Shown one piece after another: positions 46,523-56,754 of a stretch of 64,000 nucleotides of DNA. A program made the translations under genes and the position numbers. Source of the stretch: Alphaproteobacteria bacterium (GTDB lineage Bacteria > Pseudomonadota > Alphaproteobacteria > MPNO01); NCBI GenBank assembly GCA_965248835.1, contig CBDFLJ010000002.1, positions 2,176,001-2,240,000 of the forward strand. Reading direction: 5' to 3'. Position 1 is the stretch's first letter. Each line of letters begins with the position of its first letter. A model generated the notes under the pieces. That model saw only the letters and a program-made list of their open reading frames with translations. It ran no database searches and was not told where the DNA came from.

Positions 46523-47596
46523 TTAGCGCTTTGCCTTGTCGATATAGTCTTTGCGAAACTTGACGAGCGACGGGCCAAGCGCGCGGTATGCGGAAACAAG
46601 TTGTTTGTCGAGCACTTTGCGGCCGGCAACCCACGCCGGATGTACCTTGTAGCGCTCCTTGTGCGCGTCGATAAACGCTTTGTCGTCGAGCATCATGGTG
46701 AACGCAGCCTCTATCTCTGCAACCGCCGGCTCCGGCACGCCGGGTGGAAGATAGATCACTCGCCAGGCCCGGCTCGTCTGGTAAAGATTCCACAACTTTC
46801 CTTCGGGCTTGCCGCCATGCATACGAATGAATTCAGCGGTTGGGACGGCCGGCTCGAGGCCCGGGATAACGATGGCGCTATCGTAGTAGATAGGTGTCAC
46901 CTTGCCAGTCTTGACACCGGTGGGCAAAACCACCTTCATGAAGTGAGGCAGGCCCGAGGCGTGATGATCGACCTCGCCCCTCAACACCGCGGCCCAGGCA
47001 TCGGCGCTGTCCTGGTAGCCGGTCTTGTAATCGTACTTGACACCGGCGAGGTCGAGAACGGTTCGGAAGGTGATGTCCTTGGTGTTGGTGATCGACTGAC
47101 CCCCGGTCTTGAACGCGGGCGCGCCCTTAAGGTCCTGCGGTCCCGCAATACCCGAGCCAACGTCGGCGCGCACATAATTGACCGCGACAACCGGCGTGCC
47201 CGCCACCGGCAACAGCTGCGTTATGTCGGCCAGGAGTCCGCGCTTCTTCGCAGTGCCGGAAAAAAATGCCTGGTAGTTGCGCACCGGCAGGAAGCATCCA
47301 AGCGCGGTGCCGTCCTTGGGCGCTTGGGAATAAAGCCAATTGGTGGCGACGACACCTGTGCCGCCCTTGCGGTTCTTGACCACGATCCTGGGCCCTCCCG
47401 CAAGCAGGCGCTCGAGATGTGAGGCCATGAATCGACAAATGCGGTCTTGCGAGCCCCCGCTACCTCGCGACACAGCGAGCTCCATCGTCTTGCCCGCGAA
47501 ATAGCCCTGCTGTGCCGTCACCCCCGAAGAAGCGCCAACGATCACCAGTGCCCCGATAGCAACTCCCAAAGATATTTTCGAATTACCGCGATGCAT
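46523..47596 (-). CDS. tctC: TctC/Bug-family substrate-binding protein
   Basis: Signal peptide, GGSQD..R, IVVKN..GGTG, APKDG, PPGVP. Confidence 0.8.
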   Translation of the reverse strand: MHRGNSKISLGVAIGALVIVGASSGVTAQQGYFAGKTMELAVSRGSGGSQDRICRFMASHLERLLAGGPRIVVKNRKGGTGVVATNWLYSQAPKDGTALGCFLPVRNYQAFFSGTAKKRGLLADITQLLPVAGTPVVAVNYVRADVGSGIAGPQDLKGAPAFKTGGQSITNTKDITFRTVLDLAGVKYDYKTGYQDSADAWAAVLRGEVDHHASGLPHFMKVVLPTGVKTGKVTPIYYDSAIVIPGLEPAVPTAEFIRMHGGKPEGKLWNLYQTSRAWRVIYLPPGVPEPAVAEIEAAFTMMLDDKAFIDAHKERYKVHPAWVAGRKVLDKQLVSAYRALGPSLVKFRKDYIDKAKR

Positions 47597-48210
47597 CGTC
47601 GGATTCTCCCTCTTTTGGATTGCAAGCCAGACTAGGAAATGGCTCGGTATGCGTCAACGTTGAGGGTACGAGATTTTGCGCCAGCTCACCGCGTGTGCGC
47701 TCGACCATCTCGAGAAACGGGAAGACAAGCGCGCTGGCCGCATCGTTCATAGCCTCGTTTATAGAGAAATGATGTTGGCCTGCCATCTCGATGAATTGGC
47801 AGTTCAGCCCCCTTGCTCGCCATGCCGCCGCGAATTCGCGTGGCTGGCGACCAAATTCGTCCGTCTCCTGGGATCCGACCCCTACAACCAGGTCGCATCC
47901 GTTCAGGGGTATGTGGTGAAGCGGGCTGTTTCGCACCGTCGCCTTCTCGTCCAACCTGAGCCATTCATTGCGGAATGTTAGGCGCACCGGTTCGAGATCG
48001 TACATGCCACCGATCAGAAGCCCGCCTTTGATGACATCGGTGGGGCGATCGTAATTGGCTCGCCAGCCCGTGACCGCGACCATGGCGGCGAAGTCCGCAC
48101 CGGCCGATTTGTCGTGGACGAAAATGCGATCATGATCGCCGCCGAAGGTGTCTGCGTTGCGCCACAACCAAGTGACGGCGTCTCGGCACTGGCGGATAAG
48201 AACGCCCATA
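47583..48210 (-). pseudogene. Arylformamidase-like alpha/beta hydrolase, N-terminus removed at an IS6 end
   Basis: QCRDAVTWLWRNA, DKSAG (degenerate GxSAG), GMYDLEP, ETDEF, HHFS; homology stops at the IS6 IR. Confidence 0.7.
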
Positions 48211-48415
48211 GGCATTGTCAGACTAACAGGACAGGACTTGTAGAACCTACAATCGAGCGCCTTCAGGCTGCTCGTTGACGCCACCCGGCCAGGGCGGCGG
48301 CTCGGTCTTGCTTGAAAATGTCGCGGCGGTCGAGATGGCGCTGGTGGTTGAAGTGGTTGTGTCCCCAGGCGTGGACGGCGGCGGATTTCTGCACGGTCTT
48401 TACGTCTCTGAATTC
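48211..48415 (-). mobile_element. IS6-family relic copy 1 (right end only)
   Basis: IR GGCATTGTCAGAC; C-terminus HNHFNHQRHLDRRDIFKQDRAAALAGW; nearly identical to copy 3. Confidence 0.85.
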
Positions 48416-48530
48416 GACCAGTCCGTACGGAACGGCTCTTCGGCATCCCGCATGGAGAGCGTGTAGTTCCAGAAGTCGACGAACACGCGGACGCGGTGGC
48501 GGGGCCTTGGATCGGATCGTCACTGGGCAT
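48412..48530 (-). pseudogene. NYN/PIN-domain protein N-terminal remnant
   Basis: After a frameshift it reads RHRVRVFVDFWNYTLSMRDAEEPFRTDW (VFxDxxN motif); truncated at the IS6 relic. Confidence 0.5.
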
Positions 48531-48711
48531 GTCGGTCCGCACAAAAATACAGGGACGCACGAGGCGTCCCTGGGGTCGAGATGATCGGACCCCGTACTCC
48601 CTGTCTGGGCGGTAGTCCGATGGGTCATCTTGCGTGGCGATGCAGCGCCGGACGGCGGGATTCGCAACCCGTTCTGCGGAATTCGGCTATCGCGGTCGTG
48701 GGACGGCCGCG

Positions 48712-48831
48712 ATGGTAGCCTCGCTCGGCAAGATTACGTCTCCGTCGCAGGGCGCGAGCTGCTACGAGCGCGACGGGTATTACGCGAAGGACGACCCCGC
48801 GCACAAGGCCACGAGCACCTGGGCGGGCCGG
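48712..48831 (+). pseudogene. MOBF (TrwC-like) relaxase N-terminal remnant
   Basis: MVASLGKITSPSQGASCYERDGYYAKDDPAHKATSTWAGR has the tyrosine motifs and WxG of MOBF relaxases. Confidence 0.7.
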
Positions 48832-49284
48832 GCGCCGACCGCGGCGATCCATTGCCGGACGGCCCCGGCGACGAACTCCGGGCCGTTGTCGGAGCGGATG
48901 TAGGCCGGGATGCCGCGCAGAACGAACAGGTCGGTCAGGACATCGGTGACGTCGGCCGATGAAAGCTTCCTTCGCGCCCGGATCGCCAGGCTCTCCCGGG
49001 TTCGCCCTGGGAGAACGGATACATCGAGAGCTTCAACGCGCGGCTGCGCGACGAGCTCCTGGATGGAGAAATCTTCTACACCCTCAAGGAGGCCCGGGTT
49101 CTCATCGAAGCCTGGCGGCGTCATCACAACGCCATCCGTCCAAACGGCAGCCTGGGATACCGGCCGCCGCCCCGGTCGTTATGCCAAGCTGGCCGCCCGA
49201 CTCCGCTACGCCGACGATCCAGCTTGGCCGAGAAACCGTCAATGCACTGACATTCGAACCAGACCAGTCGCCGGGGGCAGGTCG
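48829..49284. mobile_element. IS3-family transposase remnant with an internal inversion and right end
   Basis: Minus: TRESLAI..IRSDNGPEF; plus: PGSPWENGYIESFNARLRDELL..SLGYRPP; end-like sequence to about 49284. Confidence 0.85.
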
Positions 49285-49302
49285 AGGGGTCTGGCAACAT
49301 TC

Positions 49303-50652
49303 TCATGGGTTGGGGCTCAGGGCACTTTCGACGGAAATACCTGTTCCAAGCAGGCGTTTGTCAGCCATGGATTCGCCCATCAGCATGAAACCCACCGGGG
49401 CTTCGCCGGGTTCGTGGCACGGCAGGGTGAGCGCGCAGCGCCCGAGCAAGTTGGCGATGCTGGCGTTGCGGATGACGATGATATAGGGGTCCCGCAGGTC
49501 CGCGTCGCTGCCTTGGAACTGCGATATCGGCGGCGCGATAACCGGAACCGTGGGCATGATCACGGCGTCGTATCGGGAGGTGATCCGCGCGGCGCGTTCC
49601 ATCAGGTCCTCGCGAAACCGCAGCACATCATAATAATCCGGACCGCTCATCTCACCGCCGGCGAGAAGCCTGTCGGTAATCCGCGGGTCCATCTGGTCGA
49701 GTGAGTTGGCCAGTCGTTCGCGGTGGATGGCGTAGCCCTCGACCATCGATGGAAATCGAACCCGTCCGACCGCAGCCAACTCTCCGAGTTCGGGAAGCGG
49801 AGCGTCTTCGAGTTGTACGCCGGCTCTCGAGAGCCTTTGAAGGGCTTTTTCAAATGCCTTTGCGACCTGCGGATCGAGATCGTCGGTCACGAGCGTGTCC
49901 GGAATACCAAAGCGCAGCCCCTCGAGAGGGATTGGTTCCGGCAGGACTGGATCTTCGCCCGCGAAAACGGCGTCGACCATGGCGCAACAGGCGACGGTGG
50001 GCGCGAGAGGCCCCACGGAGTCGAGTGTCGTCGATAGGGGAAAAATTCCGTCGGTTGGGACGCGCCCCACGGTAGGCTTGAAACCGGCAAGACCGCACAA
50101 GGCTGCCGGGATGCGCACGGAGCCGGCGGTGTCGGTGCCGAGCCCGGCGGCGGCCATGCCGTCGGTGACTGATACAGCCGCTCCCGAGGACGACCCGCCC
50201 GGAACCCGGCCGGTCTGCCGGTCATATGGGTTTCGGCAGTCGCCGTAGTGGGGATTGAGGCCGAGTCCGCCCACGGCAAATTCGGTCATATTGGTCGTGC
50301 CCATGACGACGGCACCGGCGGCCCTGAGGCGGGCGACGACAGTGGCGTCTCGTTTCGCCGGCGCCGCGTTCCGTCTCACCACCGAGCCGGCATAGGTCGT
50401 GATTCCGGCCACGTCGCAAAGGTCCTTGATCGATACCGGAATGCCCGCCAAGGGCGACGGCACGATGTTCGCGGCCCTGAGCTGGTCGCTTGCTTTTGCG
50501 GCGGCGAGCGCCGGTTCGCGAAACACACGGATGAATGTTGTCGGGCCCTCGCCTCCACTATCCTCGATCCGCGCGAGGGCCTCTTCCGTTAGTGCGAGGC
50601 TCGTCGTCGTAGCTGACGCAAGGCCTTTGGCGATATCTGCGATCGGTTGCAT
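49303..50652 (-). CDS. Amidase-signature family amidase
   Basis: GIPVSIKD, PGGSSSG, GTDTAGSVRIPA. Confidence 0.92.
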   Translation of the reverse strand: MQPIADIAKGLASATTTSLALTEEALARIEDSGGEGPTTFIRVFREPALAAAKASDQLRAANIVPSPLAGIPVSIKDLCDVAGITTYAGSVVRRNAAPAKRDATVVARLRAAGAVVMGTTNMTEFAVGGLGLNPHYGDCRNPYDRQTGRVPGGSSSGAAVSVTDGMAAAGLGTDTAGSVRIPAALCGLAGFKPTVGRVPTDGIFPLSTTLDSVGPLAPTVACCAMVDAVFAGEDPVLPEPIPLEGLRFGIPDTLVTDDLDPQVAKAFEKALQRLSRAGVQLEDAPLPELGELAAVGRVRFPSMVEGYAIHRERLANSLDQMDPRITDRLLAGGEMSGPDYYDVLRFREDLMERAARITSRYDAVIMPTVPVIAPPISQFQGSDADLRDPYIIVIRNASIANLLGRCALTLPCHEPGEAPVGFMLMGESMADKRLLGTGISVESALSPNP

Positions 50653-50733
50653 TGATTTGTCCTTATCGGGGACTCTCATCCCGGCGTTCGGCCGTTGCCG
50701 ATTACCGGGAAGGCGGCGGAGTCCGATCTGGTC

Positions 50734-51495
50734 TCAGACCATGCCGGCAATCGTGTGCTGATCGGGCCGAGGCGGGGTCTCCTCGGTGCCGGCCGCATAG
50801 ACCTGCTGGACGGCAGGGCGGGCCATCAGGCGATCGCGCCAGTCGTTGATGCGGGAGAACCGGTCGCGATCGACCATCCCGGGACGCAGTTCGATCAGAC
50901 GGTGGACGATGGCAAGCATACTGATGTCTGCAAGCGAATAGGTCTCTCCCGCGAGCCACGGTCCGTCGGCGAGATCTGTCTCGGCACGTCCGATGACGAA
51001 ACCGAGGCGCTCGAAAGCATGCTCTATCTCGCTCCGGTCGAATCCGCCGCCGATGATTCGGCGGACACGCTCTCGCCTTTCGGGCGCGGGAATGCGAAGG
51101 AGCAGATGCTCGATGTCGGCGGGCTCGAGATCCGTCATCTTCTCCTTCAGCATGGCGTCGTAGGTCGCGTTCTGCAGCGCCGGATGGATCATGTCGGCGG
51201 CCCAGGTCCAGAGCCTCATACGGCTCCGTGCCCCAGGGTCGGATGGGCGTAGCGGTCGATCGGGAAACACATCCTCGAGGTATTCGTTGATCGCCGCCGA
51301 GTTGACGATCGGGTGCCCGTCGTGGATCAGCGTCGGCACCACTCCCCAGGGATTGAGCTCTAGATAGGCGGTGCTCAGCTGCGCGTGGTGTTGGAGTTCG
51401 ATGTAGCGGCTGACATAGCGCACCTCCTTCTCGACCAGCGCGAGGCGGACCTGCTTGGAGCAAGTCGACAAACCGGAATGATATAGTTCTAGCAT
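50734..51495 (-). CDS. Glutathione S-transferase family protein
   Basis: STCSKQVR, LNPWGVVPTL, SAAINEYL, WLAGETYSLAD. Confidence 0.9.
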   Translation of the reverse strand: MLELYHSGLSTCSKQVRLALVEKEVRYVSRYIELQHHAQLSTAYLELNPWGVVPTLIHDGHPIVNSAAINEYLEDVFPDRPLRPSDPGARSRMRLWTWAADMIHPALQNATYDAMLKEKMTDLEPADIEHLLLRIPAPERRERVRRIIGGGFDRSEIEHAFERLGFVIGRAETDLADGPWLAGETYSLADISMLAIVHRLIELRPGMVDRDRFSRINDWRDRLMARPAVQQVYAAGTEETPPRPDQHTIAGMV

Positions 51496-51903
51496 CCGCA
51501 CCTCCAGCTACGGGTCGACGATGGTCTCCCTCGGGCGGCCGCTCGCGGACCGCCGAGGGATGGTCCGCTCGACCGCGCGTCGCCGCAATCTACATCACCG
51601 CACCGGGAGACGAGTGAGCGCAATGCAGGTTAGGGTCGGGCAATCGGGGTGTCCACCGGACCGGAGTGTCTGAAAGATGTCGCCGGCGATATCGCGATTG
51701 GCCAAGGGGCGGCCACGTCGAAGAGCGGGGCCGATCGCGTCGTGTTCCTCGGCTCCGCCGCCGATTTGCGGCCGTTGATCGTGCGGCCCTACATCAAATC
51801 CTTTGCCGATCTGACCGTGCTCGTCGACCCATCGCGGTGAGTTACTTATGTTGTTCGTGATCGGGCGTTGGCCACCGTGGATGACATACCAAGGACTGAT
51901 CGG

Positions 51904-52773
51904 ATGAAAAGATGTGGGGGAGCAGGAATTTTTCGGCGTAGCGCGGGGCTGGCACTCGTTGGGAGCGCGCTGTTCGCGTCGGCCTTCGCCGCCGCGGCAA
52001 CGGCGGCAGCGCAGGCTGTCGATCTCGAACTCGTCATTTCAACCGATGTCTCGCGAAGCATAGATCAAGAGGAGGCTCTGTTGCAGCGCCAGGGAATCGC
52101 CGCGGCGTTTCGAAACCCGGCGATCATCCGCGCAATCGAGTCAGGTTTCCTCGGCAAGATCGGCGTGGCGTATATCGATTATTCGAGCCGCGCCTTCAAC
52201 AAGATCGTCATCGACTGGACGCTCGTTCACGACCGCAAGACCGCCGAGGCATTTGCCTCTCGCCTGCTCGATGCGCCGCTGACATTTGGCCGCCGAACCT
52301 CGATCAGCGATGCCATCGAACTGGCGCGGGAGATGATTGGGTCGAACGCCTTGGAGGGAACGCGGCGCGTGATAGATGTCTCCGGCGACGGACCGAACAA
52401 TCATGGACGTCTCGTCGACGCGGTCCGCGACGCCACCATCTCCCGGCGGATTACCGTCAACGGGCTTCCGATCATCAACCAGCGTAGCGCATTCAACAGC
52501 AGGTTTTACCTGCCGGATCTGGACAAATATTACCGGGGCTGCGTGATCGGCGGGCCCGGTGCGTTTCTCGTGGTTGCGAACAGTTTCGAGGACTTCGCGC
52601 GCGCCATACGGCGGAAGCTGATCCTCGAGATCTCGGGAACCGTGCCGAAATTCGATCGAGCGCTTTCCGCCAATCTCATCCGGGTATCGTCGCCCGGGCG
52701 TTTGCGCCCATCACCAACCGGATACGTCTATCCCAAGGGTTGCGACATAGGTGAGCGCATGCGGAATTTCTGA
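51904..52773 (+). CDS. DUF1194 (vWA-like) exported protein
   Basis: Signal peptide, VDLELVISTDVSRSID, IDVSGDGPNN, TVNGLPI, VIGGPGAF, RRKLILEI. Confidence 0.85.
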   Translation: MKRCGGAGIFRRSAGLALVGSALFASAFAAAATAAAQAVDLELVISTDVSRSIDQEEALLQRQGIAAAFRNPAIIRAIESGFLGKIGVAYIDYSSRAFNKIVIDWTLVHDRKTAEAFASRLLDAPLTFGRRTSISDAIELAREMIGSNALEGTRRVIDVSGDGPNNHGRLVDAVRDATISRRITVNGLPIINQRSAFNSRFYLPDLDKYYRGCVIGGPGAFLVVANSFEDFARAIRRKLILEISGTVPKFDRALSANLIRVSSPGRLRPSPTGYVYPKGCDIGERMRNF

Positions 52774-53037
52774 GACGATCCGTAAGGGCCAAGACGTAAG
52801 CAACAGCCGAATATGCTCGGACCCATAAGGTAATGATCGCGACGACCCGAACCTGTCCCTCGGTATCGAGCGTTTGCCTTGTTCATCCGATGCGCGAAGC
52901 CGCCCCCGACATCAAAAGAATAAGTCGCTGGACGGGCCCCCAGAGCAACGGAACGGTAAATCAGCGCCGGCATGCCGGCCCCGAGGCATTGGCCAGCTCG
53001 ACCGGACGCGTGCCGCCGCCCGCGGGCAACGAGCGGG

Positions 53038-53379
53038 GGCATTGTCAGACCAATTGGATCGGACCTGCAAGACCTGCAATCGAAGGCCCTCCGGCTGCGA
53101 GTCGACGCCGCTCGGCCAGGGCGGCGGCCCGGGCTTGTGCAACGCCGCCCGGCATGATCGAAACGGTGCCACCGGAACCGCACCGTCTCGTGACAGACGT
53201 CGATACCGCGCTCGAACAGCAGATCTTCGACCTGTCTCGGCGGCAACGGGCAGCGGACATATCATCACCGCGAGGCGGATGACCTCGGGCGGACCGTTGA
53301 AATAACCGAAGGGATTTCGCATCCGGCAAAACTATGGATGCCCCGTCTGCCCATCAAACCACTTTTGTCTGACAACGCC
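53038..53379 (-). mobile_element. IS6-derived non-autonomous element, copy 2 (342 bp, both IRs)
   Basis: GGCATTGTCAGAC ... GTCTGACAACGCC; N-terminus MRNPFGYFN..PEVIRLAV, RQVEDLLFERGIDVCHETVR; DDE core deleted. Confidence 0.85.
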
Positions 53380-53545
53380 GCTGCGTGCGTATATAGTTCC
53401 GCGGCGGGATGGGAATCGGGTTTTGCCGCTCCGACCAGGGAGCCTGGGGCCCGGCCCTGACCTTGGCGCGACGTGACAAGGACCGTATTGAAGCGGGCTC
53501 GGCGACCATGGCGCGGGTCCGCGGACTTTCCCAAGGGAGGAAGCC

Positions 53546-54781
53546 ATGCACCCAAAGAAATCTTTCATTACGAGGCCCGCGCTGGCGCTCGTGTGCGCGA
53601 CCGCCATTGGTCTCTTCGCGCCGAGCGCCAATGCCGCCGATCCGATCAAGATCGGCTATGTCGGCGGCATATCCGGCGCCTGCGGAGGGCTGACGCATTC
53701 GGCCGTGAAGGCGATGAAGATCGCCCAGCAGGAGATCAATGCCGCCGGCGGGGCAGCCGGGCGGCAGATCGAGATTGTCTGGCGCGATTCCAAGACCAAG
53801 CCGGACGAAGGCGCCAAACAGGCGCGCGATCTCATCCTGACCCAGAAAGTCGATCTTCTGACCGGCGTCTGCTCGAGCTCGGTGTTCATGGCCATCAACC
53901 AGGTCTCGAAGCAGTATGGCGTACCGCTGATCAGCGCCCTCAGCGGCACGCACAGGGCGACCATCGATTTCGGTCATCCCTATGTGTATCAGACCCAGCC
54001 GCACACCCTGATGGAAGGCAAGGCAATCGCCGAGTACGCCGCCATGAAGGGTTGGAAGAAAATCGTGACCATGGGTCTCGATTACGAGTGGGGCCGAACG
54101 ACTGTGGCGGTGTTCTCCGAAGAGCTGGCCAGGCTAAAGCCGGACGTGAAGATCAGCAAGAAGCTCTGGCCCAAATTCGGCGAGACCAACCTGACCTCCT
54201 ACATTACCGCCGCGCTGGCCGAAAAACCGGATGCCATCGTGGCCGTGATGTTCGGCAGCGGCACCAATAGCCTGATCAAGCAGGGCAGGTCGTACGGCCT
54301 GCTGAAAAGGACCGAGCTTCTGACCTTCCTCAGCACGGAGAGCTACATTTCGCTGGGCAAGAGCATCCCCGACGGCGTCCACGGTTGGGCCCGCGGTCCG
54401 TTCTACGCCCTGACCTCGGCCCGGGCCAAGGCCCTCGTCGAGAAGTACCGCAAGGCCCATGGCGGCGAGTATCCGAATGACTGGGGCATGCTCGGCTACG
54501 ATGCGATGTACATCATCAAGGCCGGGATCGATAAGGCGGGCGGTGCAGACCCGGCGAAATTCCGCCAGGCGATGGGCTCGATCACGTTCGACACGCTGCG
54601 CGGTCCGCTCAAGATGCGAATGATCGACAATACCTTCAACGCGCCGAGCTACATCGGCGTTACCAAGATGACGGGCACATACCCGTTCCCGACCATGGCC
54701 GCCGTAAGCGTCGTTTCCGGTGACCTCACGCTGCCCTCCGAGGCCAAGGTCAAGGCGCTGCGGGCGTCGGCCATGAAGTAA
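53546..54781 (+). CDS. Liv-type ABC substrate-binding protein
   Basis: Signal peptide, IKIG, EINAAGG..GRQIE, DYEWG. Confidence 0.9.
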   Translation: MHPKKSFITRPALALVCATAIGLFAPSANAADPIKIGYVGGISGACGGLTHSAVKAMKIAQQEINAAGGAAGRQIEIVWRDSKTKPDEGAKQARDLILTQKVDLLTGVCSSSVFMAINQVSKQYGVPLISALSGTHRATIDFGHPYVYQTQPHTLMEGKAIAEYAAMKGWKKIVTMGLDYEWGRTTVAVFSEELARLKPDVKISKKLWPKFGETNLTSYITAALAEKPDAIVAVMFGSGTNSLIKQGRSYGLLKRTELLTFLSTESYISLGKSIPDGVHGWARGPFYALTSARAKALVEKYRKAHGGEYPNDWGMLGYDAMYIIKAGIDKAGGADPAKFRQAMGSITFDTLRGPLKMRMIDNTFNAPSYIGVTKMTGTYPFPTMAAVSVVSGDLTLPSEAKVKALRASAMK

Positions 54782-54799
54782 ACCTTGGTCGCTTCTGCA

Positions 54800-54857
54800 A
54801 GGCCGGATGGGAGGCCGCTCCCCGCAAAATGCGGGTCAAGCCATACCCATCCGGCCT
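54800..54857 (+). terminator. Branched stem-loop between SBP and permease genes
   Basis: AGGCCGGATGGG pairs with CCCATCCGGCCT, with inner hairpin CCCGCA-AAA-TGCGGG. Confidence 0.55.
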
Positions 54858-54892
54858 CCGGTCGGTCACCGTCGACTGACGGTTAACGCCAG

Positions 54893-55756
54893 ATGCTCCT
54901 GGTACAGGTCTTGCAGGGCGTGATGGAGGGGGTCTTCCTGTTCCTGATCGCTTCCGGCCTGACGTTGATTTTCGGCGTTTCGCGGATCGTCAACTTCGCG
55001 CACGGTTCGTTTTACATGGTCGGCGCGTTTCTGACTTATCAGCTCTATCCCCATATCGCTTTCGGCACGACCTTCGGCTTCTTCGTCTCGATTTTCCTCT
55101 GCGGGTTCCTGGTCGCGCTACTCGGATTGCTGTTCGAAGTGCTTCTGCTTCGACGGGTTTACCATGCCGAGGAGTTGATGCAGCTCGTCCTCACGCTTGC
55201 TGCCGTGCTTATCATCCGCGATACCACCAAGCTGCTCTGGGGACTGGACGACGTCACCGTACAGCTCCCGGATGCGCTTGCAGGCGCCGAGGTCATCGGC
55301 AACGTCTATCTGCCGACCTACCAGCTCGTCATTATCGGCCTTGGCGTCGCCGTGCTCGCCATCGTCCGGGCATTCCTGAAGTTCAGCCGAGCCGGGATCA
55401 TCCTCAGAGCGGCCACCGACGATCGCGGAATGGTCGCCCTCCTGGGCACGAACCAGGCGCACGTCTTTTCCTGGGTTTTTGCAATCGGATGTTTTCTGGC
55501 CGGCATTGCCGGCGGGCTCGCCGCCGCCTTCGAAAGCATCAACTACCTGCTCGATACGCGCGTTATCGTGCTCGCCTTCATCGTGGTCGTCATCGGCGGA
55601 CTCGGTAATTTTTACGGTGCGTTCTTCGCGGCCTTGGCCGTCGGCATCGTCAAGGCGCTGGGGCTTCTCTGGGCGCCGCAACTATCGATGGTCATCATAT
55701 TCCTGTTGATGGCCGCCGTGCTCCTGATCCGCTCGCTCCGCAGAACCGCAGGTTGA
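54893..55756 (+). CDS. Liv-type ABC permease (LivH-like)
   Basis: GLTLIFGV..IVNFAHGSF, VVVIGGLG. Confidence 0.92.
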   Translation: MLLVQVLQGVMEGVFLFLIASGLTLIFGVSRIVNFAHGSFYMVGAFLTYQLYPHIAFGTTFGFFVSIFLCGFLVALLGLLFEVLLLRRVYHAEELMQLVLTLAAVLIIRDTTKLLWGLDDVTVQLPDALAGAEVIGNVYLPTYQLVIIGLGVAVLAIVRAFLKFSRAGIILRAATDDRGMVALLGTNQAHVFSWVFAIGCFLAGIAGGLAAAFESINYLLDTRVIVLAFIVVVIGGLGNFYGAFFAALAVGIVKALGLLWAPQLSMVIIFLLMAAVLLIRSLRRTAG

Positions 55757-56748
55757 TCTTGGCCGATAGTCCGGCACGTCGGGACACTGCAGGAGGCGCC
55801 GGTATCGGCGCTCGAACCAGGGATGTCTATGCGATCGACTGGCGGCTCACGACCATCGTTGTCGCGGCAGTCGTTTTGGCTCTCGTTGTGGCGCCGCCCT
55901 TCGTCGCCTTCGCTCTGATCGAAGTGATGATCTTCGCCCTTTACGCGAGCGCCCTGAACCTGCTGCTCAGCTATAGCGGCATGGTCTCCTTCGGCCATGC
56001 GGTATATTTCGGTCTCGGCGCATACGCACTGGGAATTACGGTGGCCAAGTTCGGCTGGCCGATTCCGGCCGGCATCGCGGCCGGGCCCATTGTCAGTGCC
56101 CTCTTCGGCCTGATGTACGGTGTACTCTGCGTCCAGCTGACCGCAATCTATGCGGCGATGCTGACCTTGGCCTGCGCCGAGGTAACCTTTGCCGTGGTTT
56201 TTCAATGGTTCGACTTTACCGGCGGCGATTCCGGCATTTCCGGCCATGTTACCGCGATGCTCGGGCTCGAGCCCTATCAGTTCGGACTGATCGTGCTCGC
56301 CGTTGTCACCGTGTCGATACTCATGCTGTGGCGGGTGGTGCATTCTCCTCTGGGCCTGACGATTCGGGCGGTTGGACAGAACCCGAACCGGGCTGCTGCC
56401 CTCGGCCACGGCCGCAAGCACGTGCAGTTGATCGCCTTCACGATTTCAGCGTTCTTTTCCGGTGTCGCAGGGACCCTGTTCGGTATTTTTCACGGCAACG
56501 TGTTCCCGGACTATGTCGGTCTCCTGATCACCGTCGACGGCTTGATGATGGTGGTCCTCGGCGGGCTTTACAGTTTTGCTGCCGGTATTTATGGCGCCAT
56601 CGTTTACAAGATCTTGGACAACCTGGTGGCCCAATATTTCGAATATTGGCAGTTGGCGATCGGGATCGTCATCGTTCTCGTGGTGCTTGTCTCGCCGACA
56701 GGGATCGCCGGATTCGTCCGGCGCTTCACGGAACGGTTCGGTCGGTAG
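55753..56748 (+). CDS. Liv-type ABC permease (LivM-like)
   Basis: NLLLSYSGMVSFGHAVYFGLGAY, TGGDSGI, VVLGG. Confidence 0.9.
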   Translation: MILADSPARRDTAGGAGIGARTRDVYAIDWRLTTIVVAAVVLALVVAPPFVAFALIEVMIFALYASALNLLLSYSGMVSFGHAVYFGLGAYALGITVAKFGWPIPAGIAAGPIVSALFGLMYGVLCVQLTAIYAAMLTLACAEVTFAVVFQWFDFTGGDSGISGHVTAMLGLEPYQFGLIVLAVVTVSILMLWRVVHSPLGLTIRAVGQNPNRAAALGHGRKHVQLIAFTISAFFSGVAGTLFGIFHGNVFPDYVGLLITVDGLMMVVLGGLYSFAAGIYGAIVYKILDNLVAQYFEYWQLAIGIVIVLVVLVSPTGIAGFVRRFTERFGR

Positions 56749-56754
56749 GCGGCG

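Noticed and set aside
47583-48560. 325-aa intact hydrolase
   Set aside because: The N-terminal third is IS6 and NYN-remnant sequence read out of frame
51649-51840. 63-aa ORF resembling a NitT/TauT binding-protein fragment (LIVRPYIKSFADL)
   Set aside because: Too short and weak to support as a feature; at most another remnant
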